Positions 9,236 to 21,282 of a stretch of DNA of 29,763 nucleotides are shown piece after piece; position 1 is the stretch's first letter, and the number at the start of each line of letters is the position of its first letter. The stretch is taken from positions 62,001-91,763 of the forward strand of contig JAVECO010000090.1 of NCBI GenBank assembly GCA_051942205.1. Reading direction: 5' to 3'. Position numbers and translations under genes: made by a program. The stretch is from Coniocarpon cinnabarinum. Its lineage: Eukaryota. Below the pieces are notes generated by a model. That model searched no databases. It saw nothing but the letters and a program-made list of their open reading frames with translations, and had not been told where the DNA came from.

Positions 9236-9952
9236 GGTTTCTTGAGAAAGTCCAGAAGCGACGGGAGGTATGAGAGCACTGAGCAGCCCAGCGTCAGCCC
9301 CCGCATCTACACGCGAGCGTTTGGCTAACGTTCACTTCACTTTCGTACCCAAATTCTACAGGATGCATTTGCTGCCGCATCGTCTAAATCTCACCTCATT
9401 CGATGCTATTGTCTGGCAGCTCGAAGACGAGCGACAGGCCTACTGTGACGGTGTTTTTTCCAGAAGTAATCCGAAGTCTAGCGTGTCCCGTCACTGTCAT
9501 TTGATCTGGCTCGGACATTGATCATACACACGCAGCTTTGAAAGCAGGAGTATTTCGGTGTCAAAGGAATCTGAAATGAAAGGATATTCAATATACGTGA
9601 GACCGAGCGAGCATTGTGTTCCAGTACTGCCTAGAAAACGATACAATTGCGAATGCCTCTCACCATCCAATTCTAGTGCACTTGGCTCAGATGGACTCAA
9701 TGATCGTCAGGCCGAAGTGCCTCGGTCTGCACCCTGCCAGAAAACGCTCCCCAGCTTATATGAGTAATCATGGCACCGCCATTTTAGTGATCTAGAAAGC
9801 TCCATAGAAACTCCGGAACATAACTGGGAGATTTGCGCCATTGTACAACACTCAACCATAGAAACCATCGCGACCCGCAACACGCTCGCAGAACTCGAAT
9901 CACCGACCAAGATTTTCACCAGCGCATTTGACATCGATTCACCACCCCCAGC

Positions 9953-10649
9953 ATGGCGAACTACCTCGCCTCCATCTTCGGAACCGAACAAGACAAAGTC
10001 AACTGCAGTTTCTACTACAAAATCGGCGCCTGCCGCCACGGCGACCGCTGTTCCCGCAAACACGTCAAGCCCTCCTACTCGCAGACTATCTTATTACCAA
10101 ATCTCTACCAAAACCCAGCGTACCAACCAGGCAACCGCATGAATCCCGCGCAAATACAAAATCATTTCGATGCTTTTTACGAGGATATCTGGTGTGAGAT
10201 GTGCAATTACGGCGAGATTGAGGAGTTAGTCGTGTGTGATAACAATAACGATCGTAAGTGGTCCCGCATTGCTACTTGTTCTTCGTTGGAAGATAAAGGC
10301 TAATACTTGTATTGAAGATCTGATCGGCAACGTCTACGCCCGTTTCAAATACGAAGACTGCGCCCAAATCGCCTGCGACGCGCTCAACAGCCGCTGGTAC
10401 GCCGCACGCCCCATATACTGTGAATTATCCCCCGTCACGGACTTCCGCGAAGCGTGTTGTCGTCTGAATAGCGGAGACGGCTGCGTGCGCGGCGGCTTCT
10501 GCAACTTCATACACCGGAAGAACCCGAGTGAGGAGCTGGATCGAGAACTGGACTTTGGGACGCGGAAGTGGCTGCGGGAGCGCGGACGGGATGAGAGGAG
10601 TGTGAGTGGCACGCCGACGCCGGAGCCGGAGAGGAGGAGGGACGCGTAG
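9953..10649 (+). CDS. U2AF1: Splicing factor U2AF small subunit (U2AF35/U2AF23); exons 9953-10253, 10318-10649
   Basis: MANYLASIFGTEQDKVNCSFYYKIGACRHGDRCSRKH (ZnF1), UHM with CDNNNDH/LIGNVY, ELSPVTDFREACCR...CNFIH (ZnF2). Intron GTAAGT..GCTAAT..AAG. Confidence 0.97.
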
Positions 10650-11147
10650 GGTTCTTATTGATTCGCGGCGAACACAAATGAGCCACGGAAGCAGTGTGAT
10701 ATTGGTCGGCGGAGCTCGTAAAGGTGGAGACGATGTATGACTTCTAAACGACAAGCGAAGGCTTTGGGTTATCAAGCAAGGCGTTCAGGCCGCCTGCAAC
10801 TGCATTCTAACCCCCCGCCCAACCCACGGCTCCATCGTCATCGGAAGTCACTGCGCGCTGTCTGCACTCCATGTCTTATTGACAAAATTCGTTCACTCTT
10901 CTTCCAACTTTGCTCTATCTCAAATTCATTTACGTTCTTCAGTGTTACCAGGACATTCATGTTTATACAGCCCAACCATATTCGTACATCTTCTATTCAC
11001 AAAAGTCATTCTGATATCCTTGTTTCCATCTCTTGTGGACCGTCAATAGCAACTGTCAAATTCTTCAAAGTTCCATTGTATTCAATCTTAGTGCTGTACT
11101 GAACATACGTGCCTGGACTCATGCTGCTGAGTCGGAAGATGTCACTG

Positions 11148-12870
11148 CTATTCGATCCAAGCGTCCTCCGGCGCGGTTTCCGGCATGATGCCGTTCCGAA
11201 AGTGACCATGTTGATTCATGTAATCGTACTCTTGCTTCAACTCAGCTCGTTGGGGATCGAGCGGAAGCTGAGAAGGTGGCTGAGGGGCGTTATTGGGTTG
11301 AGGAAATCCTGATCCAGGAGGCGCAGTGGAATTGTTGAACCCAGAAAAGCCGCCGTTGCTTTGCGCTTGCTGTTGAGGCTGACGAAAAGCTTCAGGATTC
11401 GAGAAGAAGCCACCCCCAGCTGGTTGCCCAAAAGCATGTTGTTGAGCTAATGGTGGTTCGCGAGTTGGACTTACCATCGTGTCGTCCTGCACGAGTGGTT
11501 GCGGTTGCTGTCCAAATGGTGTTGATGGTCGTCCAAATCCATTCGTGATTGGTTGCTGCCCAAAAGTGCCGTTTGATATTGGTGGAGCAAATCCGGCTCC
11601 GTTTACGGGGGTGGCGTTGTCACGAGAGAAGACTCCTGGCGTTTGCTGGACGTTTGCTGCCCTTCCAAAAGTGTTCGGCGGATTCTGTACCCCGAGGCCA
11701 GAAAAACCCACAGGCTGCTGCTGCCCAAACCCAGTGCTTGAAGTCGAACCAAGCGCGCCTTGGTTGAGCCAATTTCTCCAGTCAGGTTCCACCCACGGCT
11801 GTGAACGCGGTTGATCTGCAAAGACTCCCTGCCGTCTTCTTTGCTTTTCTCGAGTAAATTGACTCCATCGCGTCTCGCTTGGTTTGGGATTGTATTGCTG
11901 CAAGATGTCATGTCGATTTGGATGCTCATTGATGCCATTGATGACATATTGCACGGCGCCTTGTGGATCATTGCCAATTGCATTGATCCGGGTAGTCATC
12001 TCCTCGCTTAGCATGCGCTCAATATTTGCCTGTCATGAATCAGCGACCTCAAGTCTCATGAATTTGACACACTTACAGCCTCTTCAGTCGCATTTTGACC
12101 GTTTGCCATTTTCAGATAGAAATCATAACGAAGCTCTTCAGGGCTGATTTCTAGATCATCTCCCTCAATCAACTGTGCTGGAGCATTCTTGCCAGGTGCA
12201 TAACAAGAGCACACCCAAGACGGCTTGTCTTTGCCCTCTGTGACGTCTCTCAGGATTTCCTCAGGATTGAGGGAGTACGCACTGAAAAGCCAAAATTTAT
12301 CAGTCTCTAGAGAACCAATAGTGCGAATGGTACTTACTCCGCCGGACCGGCGACATCGTTGTAACGCTCCTGATTGCGTCCTCGAAATCCACCGCGATTT
12401 CCACCTCGTCCGCCCCTGCCTCCCGGCCCACTAGGCGGCTGCCGGCCCTGGTTAAAATTGTCTTGACCTCGTCCGCGTCCTTGTGGCGCGGTATCGAAGC
12501 CAGAAGATTGCTGAAACCCGGCATTCTGACCGAAACCTCCCCTCCTTCCATCACCAAAGCCACTTTGGCCAGAGCCTCGACCACCGTCCTGAAATGCTCG
12601 ATTCCCACGGCCACCTCCACTGCCACCTCCACTGCCACCTCCGCCGCCCCCGTCAAAACGCACTTGATGGTTGCCAAAACTTGCGGGAGCAGTGCCGCGA
12701 CCTCGTCCTCGGCCTCTGGAGTTAGATGAACGATCATCGTAGGACTGACTCGAGAATCCAGAAAACGCGTTCTGACTACTCGACTGGCTGCCTGGATGCT
12801 CGTTGCGGCAATTTTCCCCGAAGCGGCAGTGGCCTTGAAGGAAAAACTTGCAAACAACCATGCTTGCCAC
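11148..12870 (-). CDS. AMO1: CCCH zinc-finger nucleoporin Amo1/Nup42/NUPL2-like; exons 12870-12338, 12281-12077, 12029-11148
   Basis: N-terminal CKFFLQGHCRFGENCRNEH finger, conserved W-x-x-S-x-Y-x-P...EISPEELRY block in exon 2, FG/FGQ repeats and C-terminal MPETAP (Gle1-binding-like). Both introns are GTAAGT..CAG and keep frame. Confidence 0.8.
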
Positions 12871-13494
12871 TACCTGTGACCCAAGTCCTGGGTCAGGTCA
12901 TTTGTTGAAACGCAGTCGCCTGGGCTAGCCGGGTTCCGCTGCTATTCTCAAATTCTATGAGCTGACTGAAAGATGGTCTCGCTCCAGAGAATTTTTTTGA
13001 AGACCGACGGGATCGCAACTGACTTGTTGAATTGGTGGTGCAGTTTGACAGCTCTTGCCGGGAATCTGTATTTTCCTGAGAACCTTATTCGACGAAAATT
13101 TGGCGGAACCTGCTTCAAAGAAAGCAAAGAGAGCGAAGCCAGGCACGAATGAGGGTTATGACAGCATCCAGGCTAAGTGAAGGCAACAAAGAGTGTATGG
13201 ACAGGTGCTTGGGACTTGAGAGCGGCCCGAGGATTCGGTAACGCTAGTCCATTCTTACCAGAAATCCGAGGTACCTTGCTTCAGGTACTCCGAACGTCAA
13301 TGTGAAACAACTCCATCTTGTGTTAGCATGAGCACAAAGCTCTACGTTCAACTCTCAAAGCCGCTCATGTCGCTGTGCGCTCCCACTGTCGGCTACAGTA
13401 GCGACTCCGTCCTGTCCTCGAACAGTCACTAATTTCTTCGACCTTGATGTTTTTCGCTCGCTCCATTGAACTCCCTTCCTCGTAAAGCCTATTA

Positions 13495-13776
13495 ATGTAC
13501 CCGTCGTTCGCGATACTCACGTTCGTAATATTCATTGCCGGTTACATCTCAGCCCGCTACGATCTTCCACTTCGCCTATACGAGCTCGCCATATTCGCGT
13601 ACTATCACGACGTCTTGATCAGATCCATCTACGGCTTCGCCGGCCTGAGTGCCATTTTCACCCTCATTGCGGGGCCGGTGTGCTTTTTGGCCATCCAGGA
13701 AACTGAGAAACGACCGCGCTCAGCAGAAGGGGGATTATCCGCGCGCGAGCAGCTTCGACGCCGCGGCTCTTTCTGA
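13495..13776 (+). CDS. Small (93 aa) two-transmembrane protein immediately upstream of GPI1
   Basis: ATG-initiated with two hydrophobic helices (FAILTFVIFIAGYIS; IYGFAGLSAIFTLIAGPVCFLAI) and a basic tail REQLRRRGSF. Stop lies 10 nt before the GPI1 ATG. Confidence 0.7.
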   Translation: MYPSFAILTFVIFIAGYISARYDLPLRLYELAIFAYYHDVLIRSIYGFAGLSAIFTLIAGPVCFLAIQETEKRPRSAEGGLSAREQLRRRGSF

Positions 13777-13786
13777 CCAGCATGCT

Positions 13787-15907
13787 ATGGTTTCACAAGA
13801 TGGGCTACTCCGCGTCTTCTGGCCGCTGGAAAAGCGCAGAGAAGACGAGGTTGGCGTTCTGATCGGATGGTTTAACTCAGCATCGGACATCATCGTCGCC
13901 TCTATACTGTATGGATGCGATATTCGACCGGTTGAAAATGCGCTACGCGTAGGCACGCTCTACCGCAATGTGCCTCACCCAATCCAGCATTTACTCGATC
14001 GCTGCGGACCGGCGCCATTGCAGGTCATAGGTGCCATCAATAGGAGGGACAAGGACAGCATTATACCAGATGACTATGTTCTTGCAAGGAGAGATCGCAA
14101 TCGAGTTCAACCCACCATTCTGGCACCAACGGCTCGCGACGTCCAGGTGGTTTTGTATCTTCGGCCACGCCCTGAGCAAATGCAGTTCATGTCACCAGAC
14201 CCAATGTCACTCGCTATAAGAGACAACAGGGAACGTATCGGCTTGGAGGTCCCGCCTTTCGTTGAGATTGCTGAAGCGGAAAAGGAAGAACTAGCCAGAA
14301 AAGAGCATCTTGTGAAGAAACTGCGGCTCCATACAGTGAAGAAATATCCCCAGACGCAGAAGGAGCTTGCGCTGCCAACTGTGATCACGCAAGTGAACTG
14401 CTCTGAAGACATTGACGCTGTTCTACAGAAGAACATAGCCCTGGTTCGACAACGTTCTCGTCGCGCTCTTAGTGTAAGTGAAAGGGTTGTGGAGTCAGCC
14501 AACAATCTATGGACATATATCAGTCTTGCACTGTGGTCTGCGTTCTTCGAGTATCTTTGGCCAACTGTCAAATCAATATTCATCTACGGCTTGATGACGC
14601 ATCGCATCATTGGGGAAGGTATACTGTGTTTCGTGGAAACGCCTTTACTCACAAAACGCATCGCTTTGCGTGACTTGTCTGCCTCTGCGCAACAAGTTGA
14701 TCTGCGTCTCCAGCAGTTCTGCTATTGGCCGGTACAGTACATGACACTCAAAAAACGGAAGGACGACTGGGAAAGCTGCTCAAACAACCATGCAGAGTAC
14801 ATTCGTTTCTACAACAGTCTCTGGCTCGTTGCGAACGATATCATCATTGGCTGCGCATTTTGCTCGTATCTCATCGACAACGCCGATTTCGTGGCAAGCT
14901 TATTCGATCGACTACTTGCCCAATGGTCTCTAGAAGGTTTGCGGCGCATGCTCGATTGGCTAATGGTCTATCCAGCCGGCCTCAAGCTCAACAACGAGCT
15001 CGCCGCATTCCTTGGCGGTCTCTTCATATGGGTCATAGACTACTGGGGTGCTTGGCTCTCGACCATCCAACCGCATCTTCCCACGCTTATTCGACTCTTC
15101 GGCTTCGCCTCCCTCGCCGGCGCAAGTATGCCACTCTCCCTCGCGTCCGACCTCCTCTCCGTCTGCACCCTCCACATCTACTGCTTCTACATGGCCTCCG
15201 CCCGCATCTACAACTGGCAACTCTCCATCATCCTCTCCCTCTTCCATCTCTTTCGCGGCAAGAAACGCAACGTCCTCCGCAACCGCATCGACTCATGTGA
15301 CTACGAGCTCGATCAGCTCCTCCTCGGCACCATTCTGTTTACACTTCTGTTCTTCCTCCTTCCAACCGTCGCGGTCTTCTACCTCACCTTTGCCCTAGCA
15401 CGCATCGGCATTATTTGTCTCAAGGGAATCTGCGACTCGCTCCTCGCATGTCTCAACCATTTCCCTCTATTTGCGCTAATGCTGCGAGCGAAAGACCCAG
15501 GTCGTCTCCCGGGAGGCATCCGCTTCGAGCTCCAAGGACCCAACAAGTCTGCACCCCGAACATCCGCAACCACGGCAAACGGCACAGCTCATCCCACAAC
15601 CTCATACATCACGCTCCGCTCGACACCTCTCACACTGCGCGCCATGTTTCATGAGTACTTCCAGCTCGGCGGCCAAATCCAAAAACACTACCTCAGCTCC
15701 AGCGTCTTCAAGTGTCTGGCAACGGGTGTGCTCGTCCCGCCGTTGCATCGCCGAAATCTGTATAGTTTGCAGTATTCGAGCTTGCCGGCGCAGCGGGTCG
15801 GGATTTGGGAGTTGTGGAAACGATTCAAGATGCCTGTGTCTGTGGGGTTGAATGGGTCCGCGCAGAATGGTTCGCTGCGTGTGGGGATCAAGAGGGTGAG
15901 GACGTAA
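13787..15907 (+). CDS. GPI1: GPI-N-acetylglucosaminyltransferase subunit Gpi1 (PIG-Q), apparently intronless
   Basis: Motifs LRVFWP, QVDLRLQQFCYWP, YIRFYNSLWLVANDIIIG, PAGLKLNNELA, LFHLFRGKKRNVLRNRIDSCDYELDQLLLGT and LNHFPLF. First in-frame ATG is at 13787. Confidence 0.95.
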   Translation: MVSQDGLLRVFWPLEKRREDEVGVLIGWFNSASDIIVASILYGCDIRPVENALRVGTLYRNVPHPIQHLLDRCGPAPLQVIGAINRRDKDSIIPDDYVLARRDRNRVQPTILAPTARDVQVVLYLRPRPEQMQFMSPDPMSLAIRDNRERIGLEVPPFVEIAEAEKEELARKEHLVKKLRLHTVKKYPQTQKELALPTVITQVNCSEDIDAVLQKNIALVRQRSRRALSVSERVVESANNLWTYISLALWSAFFEYLWPTVKSIFIYGLMTHRIIGEGILCFVETPLLTKRIALRDLSASAQQVDLRLQQFCYWPVQYMTLKKRKDDWESCSNNHAEYIRFYNSLWLVANDIIIGCAFCSYLIDNADFVASLFDRLLAQWSLEGLRRMLDWLMVYPAGLKLNNELAAFLGGLFIWVIDYWGAWLSTIQPHLPTLIRLFGFASLAGASMPLSLASDLLSVCTLHIYCFYMASARIYNWQLSIILSLFHLFRGKKRNVLRNRIDSCDYELDQLLLGTILFTLLFFLLPTVAVFYLTFALARIGIICLKGICDSLLACLNHFPLFALMLRAKDPGRLPGGIRFELQGPNKSAPRTSATTANGTAHPTTSYITLRSTPLTLRAMFHEYFQLGGQIQKHYLSSSVFKCLATGVLVPPLHRRNLYSLQYSSLPAQRVGIWELWKRFKMPVSVGLNGSAQNGSLRVGIKRVRT

Positions 15908-17021
15908 TGAGCAATGTGACGATGTGAATATGTGAGGACTTGCCATGAGGTAATGAATACAGTAGTCTTTTGATGCATGTTTCGTGATTTGTTTTCTGGA
16001 TGTTTTAAACATGTCAGTCTTTTTGCATTTGTCATGGAGACCCGGTTATTGCGACCGATTATAGACGAGTATTAAGATTCGTTACGTGTGGACTTCCAAT
16101 TCGCGTCGCAGCGCAGTACAACACGTACAAAAAGAGCTCACGTGCTAATTTGCGTACTGTGATTTGAACGGCTAAGCGACTCACCAATGATCGCACTGTC
16201 CAACACGTTATTTTCATATTCTCACCTAAGGAAGAATCGCTTGTAAGAAGTGCGACAAGACATCTACTTTGACGCACGTGATTTTGAGTGCACATTGTCA
16301 GGGTACAGCCGCAGGAGCAGTGACTTCACATTCCAAGCAAAATCTTGAGGGAGGAAAGGCACGTTTCTGGTGTATGTTGGAGTGGTGTGCGTAGGACTCA
16401 TGTCAAGGATTACGGGACACAGCAAAGAGCACTGGCACATGCATTTTGGAAATTGCATTTGCGTACTGAGATGAGTGATCTATAGATGTAGTGCTGCACG
16501 CGCTGTGTGCATAGAACGCCAGAGATGCACAGCATCGAATATAAATACCTCCAGCGCTGAGGCAGGATCCTGGGATCGCCAGTTGAATTAGTTGGTTTTA
16601 TATCGGTAGAGTATTTGTTCGGTGGCATAGGTGCCTATATAATCTGCGCAGACTTCCGAGAAGTAGCGCAACTTCACTCCTGCTGCGCACTTTCACCCAT
16701 TAAATCATGGGGTGGGATTCCGTGAGCCACTCTCTAGGTGATTGAGCGATTTGCAGTTTCGTAAATTCGACGTGTATCGTTAGCCAGGCTCCAATACATT
16801 GCGGAGGGCAACTTGTAAGTCGCTGCAGTGATTTGGGCCTTGTCGACTGCTTGCATACCAGGACAAGATCCAGAAGACGTCTTTAGAGTAAGATGAGTCT
16901 CCGTTCCTGTAGCAGATGTCCTAGATAGCAATGCGCCGACCAGAATGGTGTGGCTTCCAGAAGTGAAATCCAGCATCCAGTGTAACATTCACGCACGCGC
17001 CACGCCATTGACATCCGTCCA

Positions 17022-18616
17022 TCACTCACCTCCATAGCCTCCAGGTGACTGAGCCGCCACGATGACACTCCTCCCGAAGCCTTCCCACCCCCACTCACCA
17101 CGCCTCACTCTTCTCGCCGCCGACTCTTCGTCATCGAGTGGATCGCTGCCTCTCGACCGGCGCATTGCCGCATTCACTCGATGCTGGATTCGCCGCGACG
17201 TCTTGCCCCCTTCCTTCGTCAGCATCTCCTTACCGACTTTGCCCGCGCCGAATTTGTAGTCAATGTGGTTCCACAGCTTCGGCGTCATGCCCAGCTGTTC
17301 GAGCGTGTAATTGCGCAATGTTGACCCACCCAGGAGATCGCCACGCGGCCCAAAGTGGCCTCCGATGCCTTGACCTCTGAGCTCGTTGAAAATGGCGATG
17401 CGCACAGGTTTGCGGGGATGTTTTCCTGCTTGAGGGAAATTAGCTCTTCCTTTCACTTTGCTGAAAGCAGAAACGGAACTAAAAGCAATTGCAAGTGGGA
17501 GAGACATATACAAAAGGGGAGGGGCGTACCACGATCACCGGAGTAATTATTCTTAATAGCATCAAGCACGCGATTCACTTCAGGAGGCAGTGCCTCACGA
17601 TTCCATCTCCGCATCTCGAAATCGCCGGGCGCGGCACCGCTGTCTGAGTCCGCTTCAGGCGATGAGACGGATTCGCTCTGAGAATCGGATACTACCTCGA
17701 TCACAGAAGGGGAGCGTACCATCGATTGAGAAGCCGCGTTATTAGCGAGCGATTTACGGCGGGACGGCGCCTTCATTAACTTCGCCCCTGCGGATAAAGG
17801 AGCTGAGCTACGAGGCGGGCCTGTCTGAAGCAGCGCTGGCATAGTGGCTCGACGGCTGGAGGATCGAGATGAAGGGCGGTCGAGCACGAGAGGATTGTTC
17901 CGTGATCCTTGACGGCTATGCGTCTTCGGCGCACGATTATGATACCGTCGTTGAGAAGTTGTGCTGACTGCTGGAGGAGGCATGAAAGCCGCTGGATAAT
18001 ACGGCAGCGGCTGGTCAGGAGTACCCACGTTCGCAGCATTCAGGAACTGATTCCCCACCGGGGACAGATATGGATGCGGTGGATAGGAGGACGTGGACGC
18101 TGAGTTTAGATGGATCGGCTCATTGGAGGTCATGACATGGGAGCTCATGAATCCATCGGCTCCGATACCGGGGGTTTCGACACCATTCACATTTGAAGGG
18201 CGCATGACTGAACTGTTGACTGGTTCGATCCCGGTGCCTTGATAATGTTCATGTAGACCAACTGGAGGAAACAAGTGACCGAATTGAGACCCCTCGCGCG
18301 GAATGGGTGGCTCGAAAGGCTGCAAGTACTTCCTGAGCACCGCCTCGCCACCATTTGGAGTGCGCGCGACCAGCTCCACGTTGAAGGGTTGATGCCCTGT
18401 GCGAGCCCACAGCCGGGCGACAAAAGTCGGATCATTGAGCAGATCTGGTTCAGGCACCGGCAGATAATAGTATTGAGGACAGCTAGAACTCTGAGAACCG
18501 TCGTTTCGAGGATTGGCTGTGACGGCACTTTGATATCTGCAAAACAGTTGGTAGGGATTTCGCGCCTGTGGCGCAGGGTCTTGTACCATGGGTGGCGGAA
18601 TCCGTTCACTGTCCAT
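17022..18616 (-). CDS. Hypothetical protein (P/S-rich N-terminus, basic C-terminal domain); exons 18616-17530 and 17425(or 17428)-17022; 3' end uncertain
   Basis: The 387-aa and 163-aa ORFs are joined in frame by an intron GTACGC..GCTAAT..AAG/CAG (17529-17426). A GTGAGT just before the stop suggests a possible further exon. Confidence 0.65.
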
Positions 18617-19644
18617 GTTCCTTCGGCGCTCTCGTCGGACTCATGAGTGCTCTGGATATCTGTTAGTATCTCACATGATGAAGCTGCGCTGGAGCAAATG
18701 GTTTGGTGTCAGTCACGAAGTTTATAGAAGTTGAGTTTGCGAAACACGTGGGGCTTGGCTGCACCGACACTTGCCACATCGGGTAAGATGCTCAGGACTT
18801 AGGTGAAATGGCCATGTCCCATTCACCTGGCAACCCTCATCACCATCATCACAAGTAAGGCGGATCTCGACATGTCATGCTCAGATTTCATCATCTAGAG
18901 TAAGATCAGGTGATCTAAATAGGAATTTACTGACGAAGGACCATCCCAAAGACTAGACTGCGGATTTCCACGCGACCGGTAGCGTGGCCAAAATGGGGCA
19001 GGGTTGCCCTGTGAACCTGCTAAGAAGACACAGTCAACGTGATTTGACTCGACGTAAGGGACGACGCATCTGTCGACGGTATGGATCCGCTCTGTTCAAT
19101 CTCGCTCAGCGATCCATCCGATAACTGTATTGAGACCCTCAAACCGTTGGACCTCGAATGAGGTACAGAATGCATTTTTGTTAGCTCTCGGAATGAACAT
19201 GTTCTCTGGTTGCTTGCAAAATAGAAAGGTCGTGTCATCGGATGTAGGTCCGAATGTGGAGAGCGTTGGAATCTGATTTGGGTCCCATGTATGCCCCTAG
19301 CATGCGTTTTTGATATCGTCAGCAAGACAGTTCAGGCAAAAATCCAAGAATACCGAAAGCGATTCTGCAATTGAATAGACCATTCATGTTTTTCGTGCGG
19401 CGACACGCGATTTGGACAGTTGTTGCGTGCCATTGCCTATTTCCGATATTTTAACATCGTGGATGCTTGGCGAGCTGATCAATCTGATCAGCATTCAATA
19501 AGCGGCTCAATGATCATGCCACTACGGCGGGTAAAGAGAAAGAAAATTTGAAGGCAAGTGTAGGTTCCAAAGATAACCTCGCCTGATCCCACTGATTTGA
19601 ATCTTTTCATTCGACCGTTATTCTCATGGGCAAAATTAGATGCA

Positions 19645-21282
19645 TCATCTGTTCATCACATTTTTCTCCCACAGGCCCTTGCTGGTCTCTTGTATACGCC
19701 GTTGCTGTTCTTTGATCATTTCTTCGGTCTGCCCTCTACCATGACCCCTTGGGTCAACTTCCAGGCGACCAAGACCTTGGCTGACATTCTCCTTCTCCGG
19801 ATACAGCCCAGCTTGCTCGGCTACATGACCCTTACCAGTAGCTTCAACACCTTCCATGGCTCCACTTCCAGCGTTCGCGTTGCCCTTTGCGCCTGGGCCG
19901 GGCTGTCTTTGAGCTGCAGGGGCGTTCATGGCTGCAGCACCACCTGCCCTGAGCTGATTTATGGCACGGATGGTGTCTATAGCGGCATGCAACGTTCTCC
20001 GCGCATTGAAGTTCTTTTTCACCGTCGGTAGCAGATCAACGCGACCAGGATCACCGGGCTTGGCGCCTGCACCTGCTACATCTTCGGCCTCTCCTGTGAT
20101 CCATGGATGTGCCAGAGCCTGATGAGCTGTCATACGTTCCATAGGATCGGTGTTCAGGCAGCGGCTGATGAACTGACGTGCAGTTTTTGACACATGCCGC
20201 CAGTATTCAAGAGGGGTGAAAGAATAGTCTGCAACGAGAATGGCTTGCATTTCCTCAAGGTTACTATCCCTATCAAAGGGTGTATAGCCGCACAGAAGAA
20301 AGTACGTGATTACTCCGATTGCCCACACGTCCCTATTCAAGGTTTAGCCGTCAGCTTGTGCGAAAAAGTTTAGTGTGAGGGGCGACGAAAAGTTGATTAC
20401 CCATAGAGAATAGAGCTGTCCAAACTTACACAGGCTTTCCGTGGCCGCTTTTTTTGAATATCTCAGGTGCCATGTAGCCCGGCGTACCACATGTCGTGGT
20501 CAACACGTGGAACTGCTCTTCGTCCATGATCCTGCTTAGACCGAAGTCCGCAATGAGCAGGTCCGCGTTGTCTTCAGGCGTGCGGAAGAGCAGATTTTCG
20601 GGTTTCAGATCTCGATGCACGATGCCGTGGTCGTGAAGATATGCGACAGCTGATAGCGTTGCTCGAATCAACTCAGCGGCGTCAGATTCATAGTAAGAGC
20701 CTTTGCGGCATATTCGGTCGAAGAGCTCCCCGCCAAGGGCAAGATCCGTGACGAGATATACTTAGGACCGGTCAGCACATGCCTGCAAGGTCAATGGAGA
20801 TATTATCGCGTCGCTTTGGCAAGAGTCGATAAGATCAAACAGCGCAAACATCCTCCTAGTCTCTAGGGCAAGGTGTGTACTTCAAGTAGATAAGGTTGGG
20901 AAGGAACGCACAGTTGTTCATAGTCTCAAAGTAGTCAACCAATGTCAGGATGTTTTGGTGCCCCATAGACACTCGCTTGAGCACTGCGATCTCGTTTCTA
21001 ACCTTGATCGGCCGTGAGCGGTCGCACTGGAGCTTGTGCACTGAACATTGCGACACCCAGCGATGGTTTGCTGTCAGACGCTTTGCCACATACCATGTGC
21101 TCGCGCCCCGCCATCAACCGCTTATTGATGACTTTAGCTGCGTAGTATCTTCCGGTATCGATGTGTACACATTCTTTGACCACTGAGTAGCTCCCAGCTC
21201 CAAGTGTTTTGCCTGTCTTGTATCTGCAGGGCTGTACTTGTGGTTGAGAGGCGCGCTGCGCGCTCGCGCCGTCCGAAGCCAT
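19645..21282 (-). CDS. cmkB: Calcium/calmodulin-dependent protein kinase, CmkB type; exons 21282-21094, 21002-20912, 20760-20430, 20332-19645 (432 aa)
   Basis: VQPCRYKTGKTLGAGSYSVVK, AAKVINK, HRDLKPEN, DFG, GTPGYMAPE, DVWAIG and calmodulin-binding segment FNARRTLHAAIDTIRAINQL. Three GT-AG introns keep frame. Confidence 0.93.

Noticed and set aside
13649..13786. N-terminal extension of GPI1 from the GTG at 13649 given by the ORF track
   Set aside because: Non-ATG start in a eukaryote, overlapping the better-looking 93-aa ORF. Gpi1-like sequence begins at the ATG at 13787.
18785..18900. Possible C/D snoRNA on the minus strand (ATGATGA ... CTGA)
   Set aside because: Several TGATGA-like words in an ATC-rich stretch, but no recognisable guide complementarity or proper terminal stem.
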